Positions 7,849 to 17,580 of a stretch of 29,855 nucleotides of DNA are shown here, one piece after another. The notes under the pieces are model-generated. The model had not been told where the DNA came from. It worked only from the letters and a program-made list of their open reading frames with translations, and made no database searches. Numbering within the stretch: the first letter of the stretch is position 1; each line of letters opens with the position of its first letter. This DNA is from a virus. Lineage: Duplodnaviria; Caudoviricetes. The translations under genes were made by a program, and so were the position numbers. The stretch lies in IMG/VR virus record IMGVR_UViG_3300025653_000180, positions 1 through 29,855 of that record, one strand, 5' to 3'.

Positions 7849-10629
7849 TTAACCAAATAAAGAGCTATATGAACCCATCATACTTCCCCCTGAATTAAAG
7901 CTATCTTCTTCTTTTTTTTCGTCACTAAAAAGATCAAAATAACTTTTTGCTTTTTCTTGTCCTGTTTGTTTTTTATCTGAGTCAGCAGAAGTACCACTTC
8001 CTAAAATATCATCTCCATCGCCCATAAAACTTGAAACAGAGGCAAGCGCTGAAAAAGGATCATCCTCAATATCACCAACTAATTCATTGATATCACCTAT
8101 TTTTCCTGATGCAACTTTATCCATTAACGCTACATCTTCTTTGTCTAAGTCAGTCATAAACTCATTATAAAATTCTTCTTCAGTTCCTCCATATCCTCCT
8201 TTTTTAAATATATTATAGATACTAGTAGCGCTAGGATTTTTTAATTCTTTTTTGTCTGTTTCTCTTTCAATATAATCAGCTCCTAGATTTAATTGATTTA
8301 AATCTTTATCTCGTTCATTTAAATATTTAATCTCTTGTCGAATAGCAAGCGCGGAGTTTCCGGAGACTGCTTCTTCAACATATCCTCTTAGTTCATCTAA
8401 AGAAGCATCTTCTTCTAAACCTAATTCTTTTGCAAGTTCTTTCCATTCTTCTTTATCTTCAAAAGGATCTAAACCTTCAAAAATTTCATCTGTAAATTCT
8501 TTTGGCGTAGTAAATTTTTGGAAAGCGGTTCCTTTATCAAGTTTTTTTAATGCAGGCAAAACAACATCTGCAAAATTTTTGTCAATATCATATTTGGTAA
8601 CAACGTCTTCTGCAGGGTCATAACCTTTTATTTGACCAATAATTTGATAATGTAATTTAGCAAAGTCTTCTTTTTTGTTGAGATCTAACCCATAATAATA
8701 AGCCCATTGGTTCCATGTAAGATCACTTTTGTCTCCAAAGATTTTTATTTTTTGATTTGGAGTTTTTTTTGCTTTCGCCCAATCATTTTTTATGTTTTCA
8801 CTTTGTTTTTGATAGCTTGTTTTTCTTGCTTTGCTATAATCTTTGCTTGAAGTTTTCAAAGGATTAAAGTAAAAATCAGCATTAAAAGATGATGTTGTTC
8901 CTTTAAGGCTATCGATGTATTCTTTTGCTTTTTCTTCAGACTTGCTTTTTAATGCGTTAAGAGTTGTTTGTGTTTGAAACACGTTTTGTGTTTCAATTTT
9001 ATTTCCTTTTTCGTCGTATTTGGGAACAATACTATCAATGTATTCAGAAAATTCTGACATTGATTTAGATTGATTAAAGCGAGGCGTTAAGTAATTGTTA
9101 ATAAAATCGTTTATATCTTTTTTGTCTAATGCATATTCTTCTTCAATTTCTTTGTCACCATCTTTTGTTTTAATCTTGACGCTCTTCATATTTTCATATT
9201 TTTTGGTGAGTGTTTCATCAAACCATTTTTGCCAGTTACGAATAGTGTTATTACTGGATAAGCCGGTTGCTTTTTCAACCACACCTGTTAATGATTCTTT
9301 AATTCCTTTAGTATTTTCTCCGCCTAATGCAAGAATACCTCCGATACCGCTATCACCCAGAAGTGAATTAACAATGGTTTCATTAGAGTTATAAACCTCT
9401 TCAAAACCTGGCATGTCTCTATACAAACCAAGTTGCGCTTCTTCTTCCTTTGCCTTTGTTAATTCTTCTTGTGCTGTTTTTAAAGCATCTAAAGCAAGCG
9501 TACTAAATGCAAGTTCTTTTTTTTCATAGTCTTTTCCATAACTACCATAAAAATTTTTCTCCATTGCGTTTCTAACGAGTGCTTTTTCTGCATCTGTTTT
9601 TCCTCCATATATTTCTTTATAGCTTTCTGCTGCAGCAGCTGCTACTGCTTTATTTCCTCGAATATTATTACTCTTTCCGTAAGTTGAATAACGATAAGAC
9701 AAGTAATTATCTAACGTTCCATACCTAGAAGTTACATCTAAATTTTTATAACCATAATTACCTATTTTTTGATTACCAGCAGATTTCCATTGTTCTTGTG
9801 CTTTAGGGTCTTTAGTTGAATAATATTTCGTATCAAGTAATCCAGTGGGAGGCTGCTTACCATTTTTTGCAGCATCCCATTTTGAAACTTTATTTTTTGA
9901 ATAAAAAACATCTGCCAATTCTTTTGTTTTGCCTTTGAAGAAATTATCAACAACTGTTTTGTCTCCTAAGTTTGATGCTAGTTTTACCAGGTCGTTATAA
10001 TTTCCTCCTTTGCTGCCATTGAATTGATTAACTAAATTAGTGTACTTATTCCTTGCAGATATAGATAAAACATTTGAAAGCTTTGGATTTAATCTTAATT
10101 GTTCTTTTCCCTCTTTATTTTTTACTACTTGGACAAGGGGGGCATCAGTTTTAATCATGCCTGTTCCTTTTTTGCCTGAGTTCTGCCACTGCTCCATTGC
10201 AATAGCATATTTCTGCTCAGGAGTTGCATTCTTTGGCAAGTTACCTGACAAAGTTGAATAGTTATTTTTTACTAATTCCTTAAAAGTTTGTACTTCTTTT
10301 CTTGAATTAAAACTTTTAAGCCATTCCTTACTTTCATAAGCTTTCATATTTTTTGTTTCTTTTTTTAGTTCTTCTCCCGTTGGTGGTCGCCCTAAATAAG
10401 TTTCATATGCTGCTTTAACAGCATTTTCAGGTTTAAAAGTTTCTGGATTAAACCTAAAGCGGTAGTTATTATCTAAAATTTTAATTGCTTTCTTGCGATC
10501 ACCTTTGTTTTCTGCCAGTATATTTTTATATGCGTCATACCACCCATTACCAGGTTCTGGCACTCGCCCATAAACGTCTAAAAATAACTGCGTAAATTCA
10601 GGATCATAATAAGTATTTACTTTAGCCAT
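7849..10629 (-). CDS. Large (926 aa) putative virion/internal protein
   Basis: Long K/E/N-rich ORF coupled to the upstream gene (TAATG), with an acidic C-terminus. No catalytic motif recognised. Confidence 0.75.
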   Translation of the reverse strand: MAKVNTYYDPEFTQLFLDVYGRVPEPGNGWYDAYKNILAENKGDRKKAIKILDNNYRFRFNPETFKPENAVKAAYETYLGRPPTGEELKKETKNMKAYESKEWLKSFNSRKEVQTFKELVKNNYSTLSGNLPKNATPEQKYAIAMEQWQNSGKKGTGMIKTDAPLVQVVKNKEGKEQLRLNPKLSNVLSISARNKYTNLVNQFNGSKGGNYNDLVKLASNLGDKTVVDNFFKGKTKELADVFYSKNKVSKWDAAKNGKQPPTGLLDTKYYSTKDPKAQEQWKSAGNQKIGNYGYKNLDVTSRYGTLDNYLSYRYSTYGKSNNIRGNKAVAAAAAESYKEIYGGKTDAEKALVRNAMEKNFYGSYGKDYEKKELAFSTLALDALKTAQEELTKAKEEEAQLGLYRDMPGFEEVYNSNETIVNSLLGDSGIGGILALGGENTKGIKESLTGVVEKATGLSSNNTIRNWQKWFDETLTKKYENMKSVKIKTKDGDKEIEEEYALDKKDINDFINNYLTPRFNQSKSMSEFSEYIDSIVPKYDEKGNKIETQNVFQTQTTLNALKSKSEEKAKEYIDSLKGTTSSFNADFYFNPLKTSSKDYSKARKTSYQKQSENIKNDWAKAKKTPNQKIKIFGDKSDLTWNQWAYYYGLDLNKKEDFAKLHYQIIGQIKGYDPAEDVVTKYDIDKNFADVVLPALKKLDKGTAFQKFTTPKEFTDEIFEGLDPFEDKEEWKELAKELGLEEDASLDELRGYVEEAVSGNSALAIRQEIKYLNERDKDLNQLNLGADYIERETDKKELKNPSATSIYNIFKKGGYGGTEEEFYNEFMTDLDKEDVALMDKVASGKIGDINELVGDIEDDPFSALASVSSFMGDGDDILGSGTSADSDKKQTGQEKAKSYFDLFSDEKKEEDSFNSGGSMMGSYSSLFG

Positions 10630-11000
10630 TATGCTGTTTTAAAGCTGTCATCAATTGATTCTACTTCATTTGAAAAGAAGCAGAATATTTGATGATTCAT
10701 CCATTGTTTAATTTTTTCTAACTTATCAGCACAAAAAAATGTTTGTTTTGTATACCAGCTTTCCATATCTTGGCTTGCTTTATTAGCATTACAACGCCTA
10801 CAGGCTGGCATTAAATTGTACCAATTAGAACAACCTGATTTGTATTTTGGAATAATATGATCTAATGAAGTGGCTGTATCACCACAGTATCCACATTTAT
10901 GATCCCAGGCGTTATATATTCCTTCTCTAAATCGTTTCTTCGCAAGTTTAGGTCGTAGTTCAACAAGGAGGGCGAGTGGTTCGTTCTCCGTCCTGAACAT
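10629..11000 (-). CDS. HNH endonuclease (zinc-binding, McrA-like)
   Basis: CGYCG...SLDHIIPKYKSG...NLMPACRRCNANK. Confidence 0.9.
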   Translation of the reverse strand: MFRTENEPLALLVELRPKLAKKRFREGIYNAWDHKCGYCGDTATSLDHIIPKYKSGCSNWYNLMPACRRCNANKASQDMESWYTKQTFFCADKLEKIKQWMNHQIFCFFSNEVESIDDSFKTA

Positions 11001-11065
11001 AATATTCTTGCTACTAAACCAATTTTAATCTACATATGTTTACGTAAATACACACTGATTAAAAC

Positions 11066-11105
11066 AAAATAAACAGCTTGACATTTCTTTGTCAAAGCCT
11101 ATTTT
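11066..11105. promoter_or_regulatory. Overlapping divergent sigma70-like promoters around a TTGACA-N6-TGTCAA palindrome
   Basis: Plus strand: TTGACA (11078-11083)-N16-TATTTT. Minus strand: TTGACA (11095-11090)-N18-TATTTT. The site lies between divergent genes starting at 11000 and 11129. Confidence 0.55.
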
Positions 11106-11128
11106 AAATATGTAGCTCAAAGCGTTCC

Positions 11129-11347
11129 ATGCTTTCCAAAAACTGGGTTCCTGTCCACAAGGCAGAAAAAATTCTTGAAATCAAGCGAGACGAACTTCAT
11201 CGCATGCGTGATGATGGTACCTTCAAGCTTGGCAAGCATTATGGCGCAGGACCTCTTACGCGGTCAAGGGACACCTACTATTGGAATATTCCTTTAGTTG
11301 AAAAACAGTTAAACGCTATGCATAACACAGCTCAGAGTGCTGCTTAA
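11129..11347 (+). CDS. Small excisionase-like HTH protein
   Basis: WVPVHKAEKILEIKRDELHRMRDDGTFKLGKHY...YYWN fits a winged-HTH Xis-like pattern. Confidence 0.65.
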   Translation: MLSKNWVPVHKAEKILEIKRDELHRMRDDGTFKLGKHYGAGPLTRSRDTYYWNIPLVEKQLNAMHNTAQSAA

Positions 11348-11726
11348 TAGGTGTGTAGTAAACTTTGCGAACCTTGTAAGCAAGGAGGAGGCCTTTAACA
11401 TTTAAACCACACTTGCCTTCAAGGCAAGCGTCATTTAATTTTCTGGAGATGGGTAACCAGCGGCTCTTCGTTCTGGAGGGCTGCTTTTCTTTGAGTTGAA
11501 ATAAAATAACCCACTGCGGATGCAGGGGTTTAAGGGGACGTTTTTTTGATGTGATGTTAATAGAGTTGTCGTCATTCCAAGTAAAAGCCTTAAGACTACT
11601 TGGTGTTTCTCCAAAAGTAGCTACCATGCCTAGAAGCCAACCAACATCTTCTAAGCCTGGTTGGGCCATGACAGAAAAGACTTCGTCAACAATGCGTGGA
11701 TCACTAGGCAAATGCTGATGAATCAT
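11316..11726 (-). CDS. Degenerate tyrosine-recombinase-like fragment
   Basis: LPSD..I...GWLLGMVATFGETPSSL...PLHPQWVILFQL resembles cyanobacterial integrase segments (W..GM.ATYGLRPHE...PL.P.W...F.L). The catalytic Arg and the C-terminal H-x-x-R/Tyr region are not evident. Confidence 0.5.
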   Translation of the reverse strand: MIHQHLPSDPRIVDEVFSVMAQPGLEDVGWLLGMVATFGETPSSLKAFTWNDDNSINITSKKRPLKPLHPQWVILFQLKEKQPSRTKSRWLPISRKLNDACLEGKCGLNVKGLLLAYKVRKVYYTPIKQHSELCYA

Positions 11727-11826
11727 GGTATGTCTCGCTGGTTGTTAGCACTATAGACACAGGGCCAAACCAAACTGTTTGTCTCAAGCTTTTTATCAAG
11801 AAGGCTTATTGCTTCTTAATGAAGAC

Positions 11827-11856
11827 ATTATAAAGGATTAACCCATGTCAAGTCAA
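11827..11856 (-). promoter_or_regulatory. Sigma70-like promoter TTGACT-N18-TATAAT
   Basis: Near-consensus -35 and perfect -10 in the intergenic gap, pointing toward the gene starting at 11726. Confidence 0.55.
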
Positions 11857-11864
11857 ATTCAGTT

Positions 11865-13499
11865 CTATTGCCCTGGCTTCTCGCCTGATACTGGAATATA
11901 TGGCTGATTATTTTTGTCATACATAATAAAATAATTCATATCAATAAACTCAGTAGGAACATTAAACAAACGTTGCATCATTGGCATCATCATTGGTGCT
12001 TGACAGTTATATGGTGGTACATCCATATAGCTGATGCCATGATAAACAACATTTTCAAAAGCCTTAGCTTGTTCTTTTTGTGTTTTTTCAATTAATTCAT
12101 TCTCCCATTCCACCATTCCAGCGACTTGTGCAGGGAAGTCTGATGGTTCCGTAGGAAACTCTCCCTCCAAATATCTCATCGCATAAATATGTTTACAATA
12201 TCTGTATTGATCTAATACATAAGTCCAGTTATCTGTAATGCTTGTAATTGCTAAGCCACTCTGTGTATAGTCACCATATCTAGGCATGCCTTCCGCAATT
12301 TGAGTAGGAGAAGGATTATCACCAAATCCCCTTCTATAAACAGATCCAAATTCACTGTAAACACCTGGTACATCTCGATATAGTGTTTTTGGGTCTCTTA
12401 CATCTTTAGTAATGCCACTACTAGCGATACCTAACAACTGATAGCCACTAGGTGCAACTAAAGTCATTGTTCTATTTTGTACAATATCTTGATTTGCTTT
12501 TGTCATCGCTGCATTTAAACGATCACCGTTGTAATACATTTCTTCTGAACGACCTGGTTTTAAACTTGCAACATTATTTCTTGGAAATAAAGGCCGCTTG
12601 TATTTACCAACATTAGATAAATATGCATAATTTCTCCTAGTAAAATCTTGACAAGAACAACAAAATCGATCTCCATTTTGAAAAAACCTATCTTTATGAG
12701 GCGGTATTCTAGATGGAGTTACTAATACACCATCAATTGTTGCTTGTACAGAACCTAATTTTTCTAATTTTAAAATTCCTTGAAATTGATCAAGATCAGA
12801 CAGAACAGCTTGAACAAAGCCATATCGAATATTAGTAGCTGGGTTCCTCGTATCTTTATTAATTGCTTCGCCAGAAACGGTTAAAATTTTATCTTCTAAA
12901 ACGTCGCCATTAATTGGTTTAATGCCAAATGGCTGGCCAGAAAAAGTAACATATAAAGGTGGCGGTACAGGATTAATAAAACTAAATGTACCACTAAGTT
13001 GTATATACCAATAATTCTCATTGTCTTGCGGTAAACCTAAAAATAAAGTTGTTTTTGGAACCTCACCTGAGATCGCCAATGGGGTCCCAGGGCCTGATGG
13101 ATTATCATCTAAACGATCAAAACGTAAATTACCAGCGAGGACGTGTCCTGCCCAATGCATACCAAGTTCTTTGTTTGCTGTGGGGAAACCTAAAAAAGCA
13201 CCAGAAATTAATGGTTCACGGTTTCCTATTGTTCCACTAGATCCTGCTGTTGGGATCTCGTAAACAAAAGGATAACTAAATTCTGATAATGCTAAGTTAG
13301 AAGTTGCAAGTTCGTAGCCTCTTCTCCAGCGGGACCAGGAAGAGTTACGATCAATTGTGTAAAGAGAGTTTGGAATAGAACCGCCAAATTCTGCTGTAAT
13401 AGGTTCTACTTTATAAGGTTTTATTTCAGCGACTTTACCAAAAGACTTGCCGCCAAAATTACCAAAGCTTCCTCCTGAGCGTTTGGGTTTTGACGCCAT
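11865..13499 (-). CDS. Hypothetical protein with a split SWIM-type zinc finger
   Basis: 544 aa. FCCSCQDF and YCKHIYA are the two halves of a SWIM CxC...CxH motif, about 150 aa apart. Confidence 0.7.
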   Translation of the reverse strand: MASKPKRSGGSFGNFGGKSFGKVAEIKPYKVEPITAEFGGSIPNSLYTIDRNSSWSRWRRGYELATSNLALSEFSYPFVYEIPTAGSSGTIGNREPLISGAFLGFPTANKELGMHWAGHVLAGNLRFDRLDDNPSGPGTPLAISGEVPKTTLFLGLPQDNENYWYIQLSGTFSFINPVPPPLYVTFSGQPFGIKPINGDVLEDKILTVSGEAINKDTRNPATNIRYGFVQAVLSDLDQFQGILKLEKLGSVQATIDGVLVTPSRIPPHKDRFFQNGDRFCCSCQDFTRRNYAYLSNVGKYKRPLFPRNNVASLKPGRSEEMYYNGDRLNAAMTKANQDIVQNRTMTLVAPSGYQLLGIASSGITKDVRDPKTLYRDVPGVYSEFGSVYRRGFGDNPSPTQIAEGMPRYGDYTQSGLAITSITDNWTYVLDQYRYCKHIYAMRYLEGEFPTEPSDFPAQVAGMVEWENELIEKTQKEQAKAFENVVYHGISYMDVPPYNCQAPMMMPMMQRLFNVPTEFIDMNYFIMYDKNNQPYIPVSGEKPGQ

Positions 13500-13505
13500 G
13501 ATTAA

Positions 13506-14273
13506 TCAATAGTAACCGCCTTGTGCAATAACATGTGCACCAGGAATTAAACCAGAAGTTGTGCTATAAACACCTTTTTGAAGAACACCGATATAAATAC
13601 GATCACCGCGTTGAAGATTAATAGCGCGATTTTTAAGAGGAGCACCTTCTTCAATACCATTGATATTACCAGCAGACATAACAGGAGCTGATAATTCAGG
13701 CATTTCATTTGTACAATCAACAGCTGTCACATTGACATCCATTGTTTTAGTAAAGATTAAATGATAATCACCGTCAGCAGGAATCGGTACTGTAGTGCCA
13801 CGGGTGTGGTAAACAGCAAAGGTTACAGCAGGAAGAACACCTGATTCAATTGCGGTATAAACAAAATTAGTACTGTAATCAATATCAACGTTGTAATTAC
13901 CCGTAGCAGTAGTGCCTGTAAAGGTGTAATAGCCAACGTTTACAGCGCTAGCGAGAACACCTGAATTTTCAATATAAACAGTCTGGCCACTTACAACACC
14001 AATGTAGTTACCGGAAGAAGATGCATTAACAGTGTAATCAGGGCTAACAGCAACACTAGTGTTGTCACGCGTAATGCGAATTGAGTCAATAATTCCACCA
14101 CTGTTGTTATCAGAAGATAGACTTGCATCCATGTCTACCAATAAAGCAGGGCTTTGTCCACCCTGAACAGTTAAGTCCGTTGCTGTACCAACAATTTGGT
14201 TGGTAAGCCTTGATCGTGCAATAAGAGGACGATCGATAAAAACAGGTTGTTTGTTGGTATTAGTTGCGCTCAT
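13506..14273 (-). CDS. Putative virion structural protein
   Basis: 255-aa beta-rich T/S/G/V ORF within the structural operon. Confidence 0.65.
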   Translation of the reverse strand: MSATNTNKQPVFIDRPLIARSRLTNQIVGTATDLTVQGGQSPALLVDMDASLSSDNNSGGIIDSIRITRDNTSVAVSPDYTVNASSSGNYIGVVSGQTVYIENSGVLASAVNVGYYTFTGTTATGNYNVDIDYSTNFVYTAIESGVLPAVTFAVYHTRGTTVPIPADGDYHLIFTKTMDVNVTAVDCTNEMPELSAPVMSAGNINGIEEGAPLKNRAINLQRGDRIYIGVLQKGVYSTTSGLIPGAHVIAQGGYY

Positions 14274-15064
14274 TTTAGGAATTGATTATACAGACCAAGC
14301 GGATTTAAATATCCGGATCCTCTTTGAATCATACTATTCATCATAGCAGTAATAGGATCTTTTCTGTTTAATGCTTGATTCATCAAAGAACCAATTAAAC
14401 TATCTACAAAATTCTTTTCTTTCTTTTGTTTAGTTTCAGTGCCATCACCAATGTAATTATTAATAACGATATTTCCAGTAGGATTGGTTGAACTTGTGTT
14501 GGTGTAGCCACCAGCTACTGTTCCATCCGGCACATCTGCAGCATAAGCGGCATTAGAAGAAGGAAGAGGCCCTGCCCCTTGGAACACCTGCACCCCTTTT
14601 TCGTATAAATCTTCACTTAAAGGATTAAAGAAAAAATTACCTTGTGGTTCATACATCATATCTCCTCCTGCTCGCACATTACCTGGCTTTCTATTTCCAA
14701 GGAGTTCTTGTCCACGGAAGGATTGAGATCCTTGTGATTTTTGAAACGCTGCTCCAACTCTTGAAGGATCTTCTGCAATATTAATTAAACGTTGAAAATC
14801 TTCAGGAGAAAACCCGCGAATATTTCGTTGACTAATTTGTTGCGCTGTATAAGGATCGTTAGCTATATATTGTGAAGGACTCTTGGCAATATCAACCATA
14901 TTAGTGCCGCCCCAGTTACCAGCTAAGCGCCTGGCAAGTAAATTTTGTGCCACACCAGCGATGTCTCCTCCTTGTCCTCCTTGGAATGCTTCACCAGCAA
15001 TGGTGTTGTAATAAGCATTAGTTTCTGCTGGACTTAAACCAAATAGCTGGGATACGGTAGGCAT
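14270..15064 (-). CDS. SleB/Hydrolase_2-like cell-wall hydrolase, probably virion-associated
   Basis: NTIAGEA...DIAGVAQNLLARRLAGNWGG..MVDIAKSPSQY matches the SleB-type 'I.GEA...AVA.VI.NR...I..V...P.QF' pattern. Confidence 0.65.
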   Translation of the reverse strand: MPTVSQLFGLSPAETNAYYNTIAGEAFQGGQGGDIAGVAQNLLARRLAGNWGGTNMVDIAKSPSQYIANDPYTAQQISQRNIRGFSPEDFQRLINIAEDPSRVGAAFQKSQGSQSFRGQELLGNRKPGNVRAGGDMMYEPQGNFFFNPLSEDLYEKGVQVFQGAGPLPSSNAAYAADVPDGTVAGGYTNTSSTNPTGNIVINNYIGDGTETKQKKEKNFVDSLIGSLMNQALNRKDPITAMMNSMIQRGSGYLNPLGLYNQFLK

Positions 15065-16611
15065 TAGATGGCTCCTTTACTTAAATAGTCTTTTAAGAAT
15101 TCTTCTACTCTTTGACTAGATTGATCAAGACGTTTAACATTTGCATCTTCTTCTGCTGCAAATAATTCTGCTTGACTATCTTTAGCGGTCATAGCAACAG
15201 GAACTTGAATACCTTGTTGAACAACAAAGTTTTCAGGTGTCTTTTGATAACGCTCAGGGAACGTTGCTGCCATTAAAGGATTATAAGATTCGCGATAAAA
15301 CTGTGAATATTTAGCTTGATTAATAGCTAAACCAAGATCACGAACTTTATTCATTGCTTCTTGTGAATCTGCTGCTTGACGCCCCTGGCCATAAATAGAG
15401 AGACTATAAGCATAAGGATCAACAGGAGCCACTTGTTCAGAGGAAGGAGGAAGATCAGTGTTCTGAGGATTAGCAGTTGGCACGGTGCTTCCGTCTGCTA
15501 CTGGAGGATTATAAGTTGGGACAATAATTTCATCTACTTCTGGGGTATAAGGTTTAGCATTTGGATCCCAGCCGTTTATTGTCCAGGCTCCGGTCCCCTG
15601 TCTGCTGCCTGCAGAAGAAATTGGAGGACCTGCCTTTGTAACTAACGTAGGTTTATTAGTAGTTGGATCAATTTGTAAATCTAAGTAGCCGCCGGGTTTT
15701 GTTGTCTCTTTTCTTTGCCGTGGATAAAAAGCATCAAAAAGTTCTTCGCTAACAGTGTTACCAGCCAGGTATCCTCCTATAGCAGCAGCACCAGCCCCTG
15801 GTCCTGTAGGAAGACCTAAAAGACCCGCTCCTGCAGCACCTAAAGTACCACCGGCTATACCTACCACACCTCTTAATCCTGTACGTAAAGGATCACCGCC
15901 TGTTTGACTTGCGTTATATACATCGTTGGCAATAAGACCTGCATTAACAACAGCACTTAATGGACCAACTTTTACACCTTTAAGGCCTTTAGCACCAGAG
16001 GTAGCCTGCCGAAGGGGAGCATTGCCAACAATTCTTTCAGTACCTGTGGCCCTTGGTCGACCAATAGGAGGTGCAGTGGAAGCTCCTTGCCCCCAAGGTG
16101 AAAAGTTTACTGGTGCTCTTCCAGCAGATGGCCTAGGTGTATTTGCTCTACGAATATCGCTACTCATTTGTGGAATAGGCGATTGACGCGTTAAACCATA
16201 ATCAGTTGCATAAGGAGTACCTGGAAATGGAGATTGAGGCCTAACACTGTAATTAATACGGGGTCGAGTTGAGCCTGGAGCGCGTAATTCACCTGTAGGA
16301 CCTTGACTGCCTGTAAAACTTGTTGGGCCCTTTTGCAGGCTCGATTGCCTTTGTAGATATTGTTGAACCCGATTACGAGCAGCTTCTTTTTCTGCTCCTA
16401 AAGGCATATTTTCAATACGATTTAATTCACCAATAATATTGGTGTTTACATTTTGAAATCCAGCACCTTGAAGATTGGGAGGTATATTACGTTGCAGTAC
16501 CTGAGCTGCTTGTTTTTGTATTTTTTCGTAAGAACTTGTCCCAATAGGATCAACTGGAACGCTGACAGGAACACCTCTTGAGCGTAACCAATTGTCAAAT
16601 AAAGAATCCAT
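15064..16611 (-). CDS. Pro/Gly-rich protein with glycine-zipper segment (putative ejection protein)
   Basis: Low-complexity ORF with hydrophobic GVVGIAGGTLGAAGAGLLG...GAAAIGGYLAG, coupled to the downstream gene. Confidence 0.65.
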   Translation of the reverse strand: MDSLFDNWLRSRGVPVSVPVDPIGTSSYEKIQKQAAQVLQRNIPPNLQGAGFQNVNTNIIGELNRIENMPLGAEKEAARNRVQQYLQRQSSLQKGPTSFTGSQGPTGELRAPGSTRPRINYSVRPQSPFPGTPYATDYGLTRQSPIPQMSSDIRRANTPRPSAGRAPVNFSPWGQGASTAPPIGRPRATGTERIVGNAPLRQATSGAKGLKGVKVGPLSAVVNAGLIANDVYNASQTGGDPLRTGLRGVVGIAGGTLGAAGAGLLGLPTGPGAGAAAIGGYLAGNTVSEELFDAFYPRQRKETTKPGGYLDLQIDPTTNKPTLVTKAGPPISSAGSRQGTGAWTINGWDPNAKPYTPEVDEIIVPTYNPPVADGSTVPTANPQNTDLPPSSEQVAPVDPYAYSLSIYGQGRQAADSQEAMNKVRDLGLAINQAKYSQFYRESYNPLMAATFPERYQKTPENFVVQQGIQVPVAMTAKDSQAELFAAEEDANVKRLDQSSQRVEEFLKDYLSKGAI

Positions 16612-16613
16612 GA

Positions 16614-17093
16614 TCAACGATAGTTAAGGTGAAGGTAAATATTGGCTCCTACTGCAGTGTCAGCTGGGCCTGGTAATGCCTGAATAAATTCAGCGCCAGA
16701 GCGCTCATAACGGTAACGTGCTTGGAAAGGATCTTTGTAGTTAGGAACATAAAGAATATGTGCAAGACGATTTGTCTCATACAAATAAACTTCGTCCCAT
16801 ACCTTTAAAGATTCTTTGACATTACTAGAACGAATCGTACGGTCAACGTCACCAACAATGCCTTCAATTCGCGTGCTAGGAGGCTGGAAACCATCCTCAT
16901 AAGAAGCAAGTTGTGTTTTGCGTTCAGCAGCATCACAACGTCCAATCTGATAAACAAGTTTATCGTGGAAAACTGAATCCGGAACAGAATTCATTGCTTC
17001 CTCTAGACGCGCATAGTCCCCCGCCGGAACACTAACAACATAGTATCCCAGGTGGTATCTAATACGGCTTTTATTGAATTCAGATAACTGCAC
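16614..17093 (-). CDS. Putative head completion/adaptor protein
   Basis: 159-aa helical ORF (GTG start) downstream of the capsid genes. Function is inferred from position only. Confidence 0.55.
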   Translation of the reverse strand: MQLSEFNKSRIRYHLGYYVVSVPAGDYARLEEAMNSVPDSVFHDKLVYQIGRCDAAERKTQLASYEDGFQPPSTRIEGIVGDVDRTIRSSNVKESLKVWDEVYLYETNRLAHILYVPNYKDPFQARYRYERSGAEFIQALPGPADTAVGANIYLHLNYR

Positions 17094-17138
17094 AACGCCC
17101 CGTCATTATTTGTTTATTATAATCTGCTTAATTATTTA

Positions 17139-17163
17139 TAAAATAAAAGCCCCGAAGGGCTAT
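17139..17163 (-). terminator. Rho-independent terminator with UUCG loop
   Basis: Minus strand reads AGCCC-TTCG-GGGCT followed by TTTATTTT, just after the stop at 17167. Confidence 0.85.
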
Positions 17164-17166
17164 TTG

Positions 17167-17577
17167 TTAAACACGAATTAAATCTGCTGCAAATACATTT
17201 TCCCAATCAACACGTGGAATCTTTTTCAACTGCTCTAAGTTATTAAAGCGTTCTCCAGATAATGACATCTGTAAATCTTTAATTTCTTTTGCAGTTTTAA
17301 TTCCCACGCCTTTAATGTGATCGGCAATCATTTGTGCTGTTGCAGTATTAATATTTAACCGCGTTTCAGTAGGGAATTTACGAGGTTCATCGCCTTTAGC
17401 TGCATCTTTTACCTGAAGGGTTTTAACCTTCTTGGTTGCTGGCTCGTCAGGTTCAATTTCTGTTTTGTACACGGTATAAATACGACCGTCTTGGTCTTCT
17501 ACCATGTACCAATCACCTTCATCCCATTCGGAGACAACTTTGATTCGAGCTCCGTTTTTTTTATGTCGATAAAGCAT
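17167..17577 (-). CDS. Helix-hairpin-helix (ComEA-like) DNA-binding protein with small N-terminal beta domain
   Basis: RLNINTATAQMIADHIKGVGIKTAKEI...RFNNLEQLKKIPRV is the ComEA-type HhH signature. Confidence 0.8.
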   Translation of the reverse strand: MLYRHKKNGARIKVVSEWDEGDWYMVEDQDGRIYTVYKTEIEPDEPATKKVKTLQVKDAAKGDEPRKFPTETRLNINTATAQMIADHIKGVGIKTAKEIKDLQMSLSGERFNNLEQLKKIPRVDWENVFAADLIRV

Positions 17578-17580
17578 AAA

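Noticed and set aside
17146-17163. TAGCCC-TTCG-GGGCT hairpin resembling the T4 gene 60 take-off stem
   Set aside because: It lies after a completed gene, is followed by a U-tract and has no matched codon pair or resuming frame, so it is a terminator.
17167-17577. PsbU (photosystem II) assignment for the HhH protein
   Set aside because: There is no signal peptide, and the motif fits a generic ComEA-type HhH domain.
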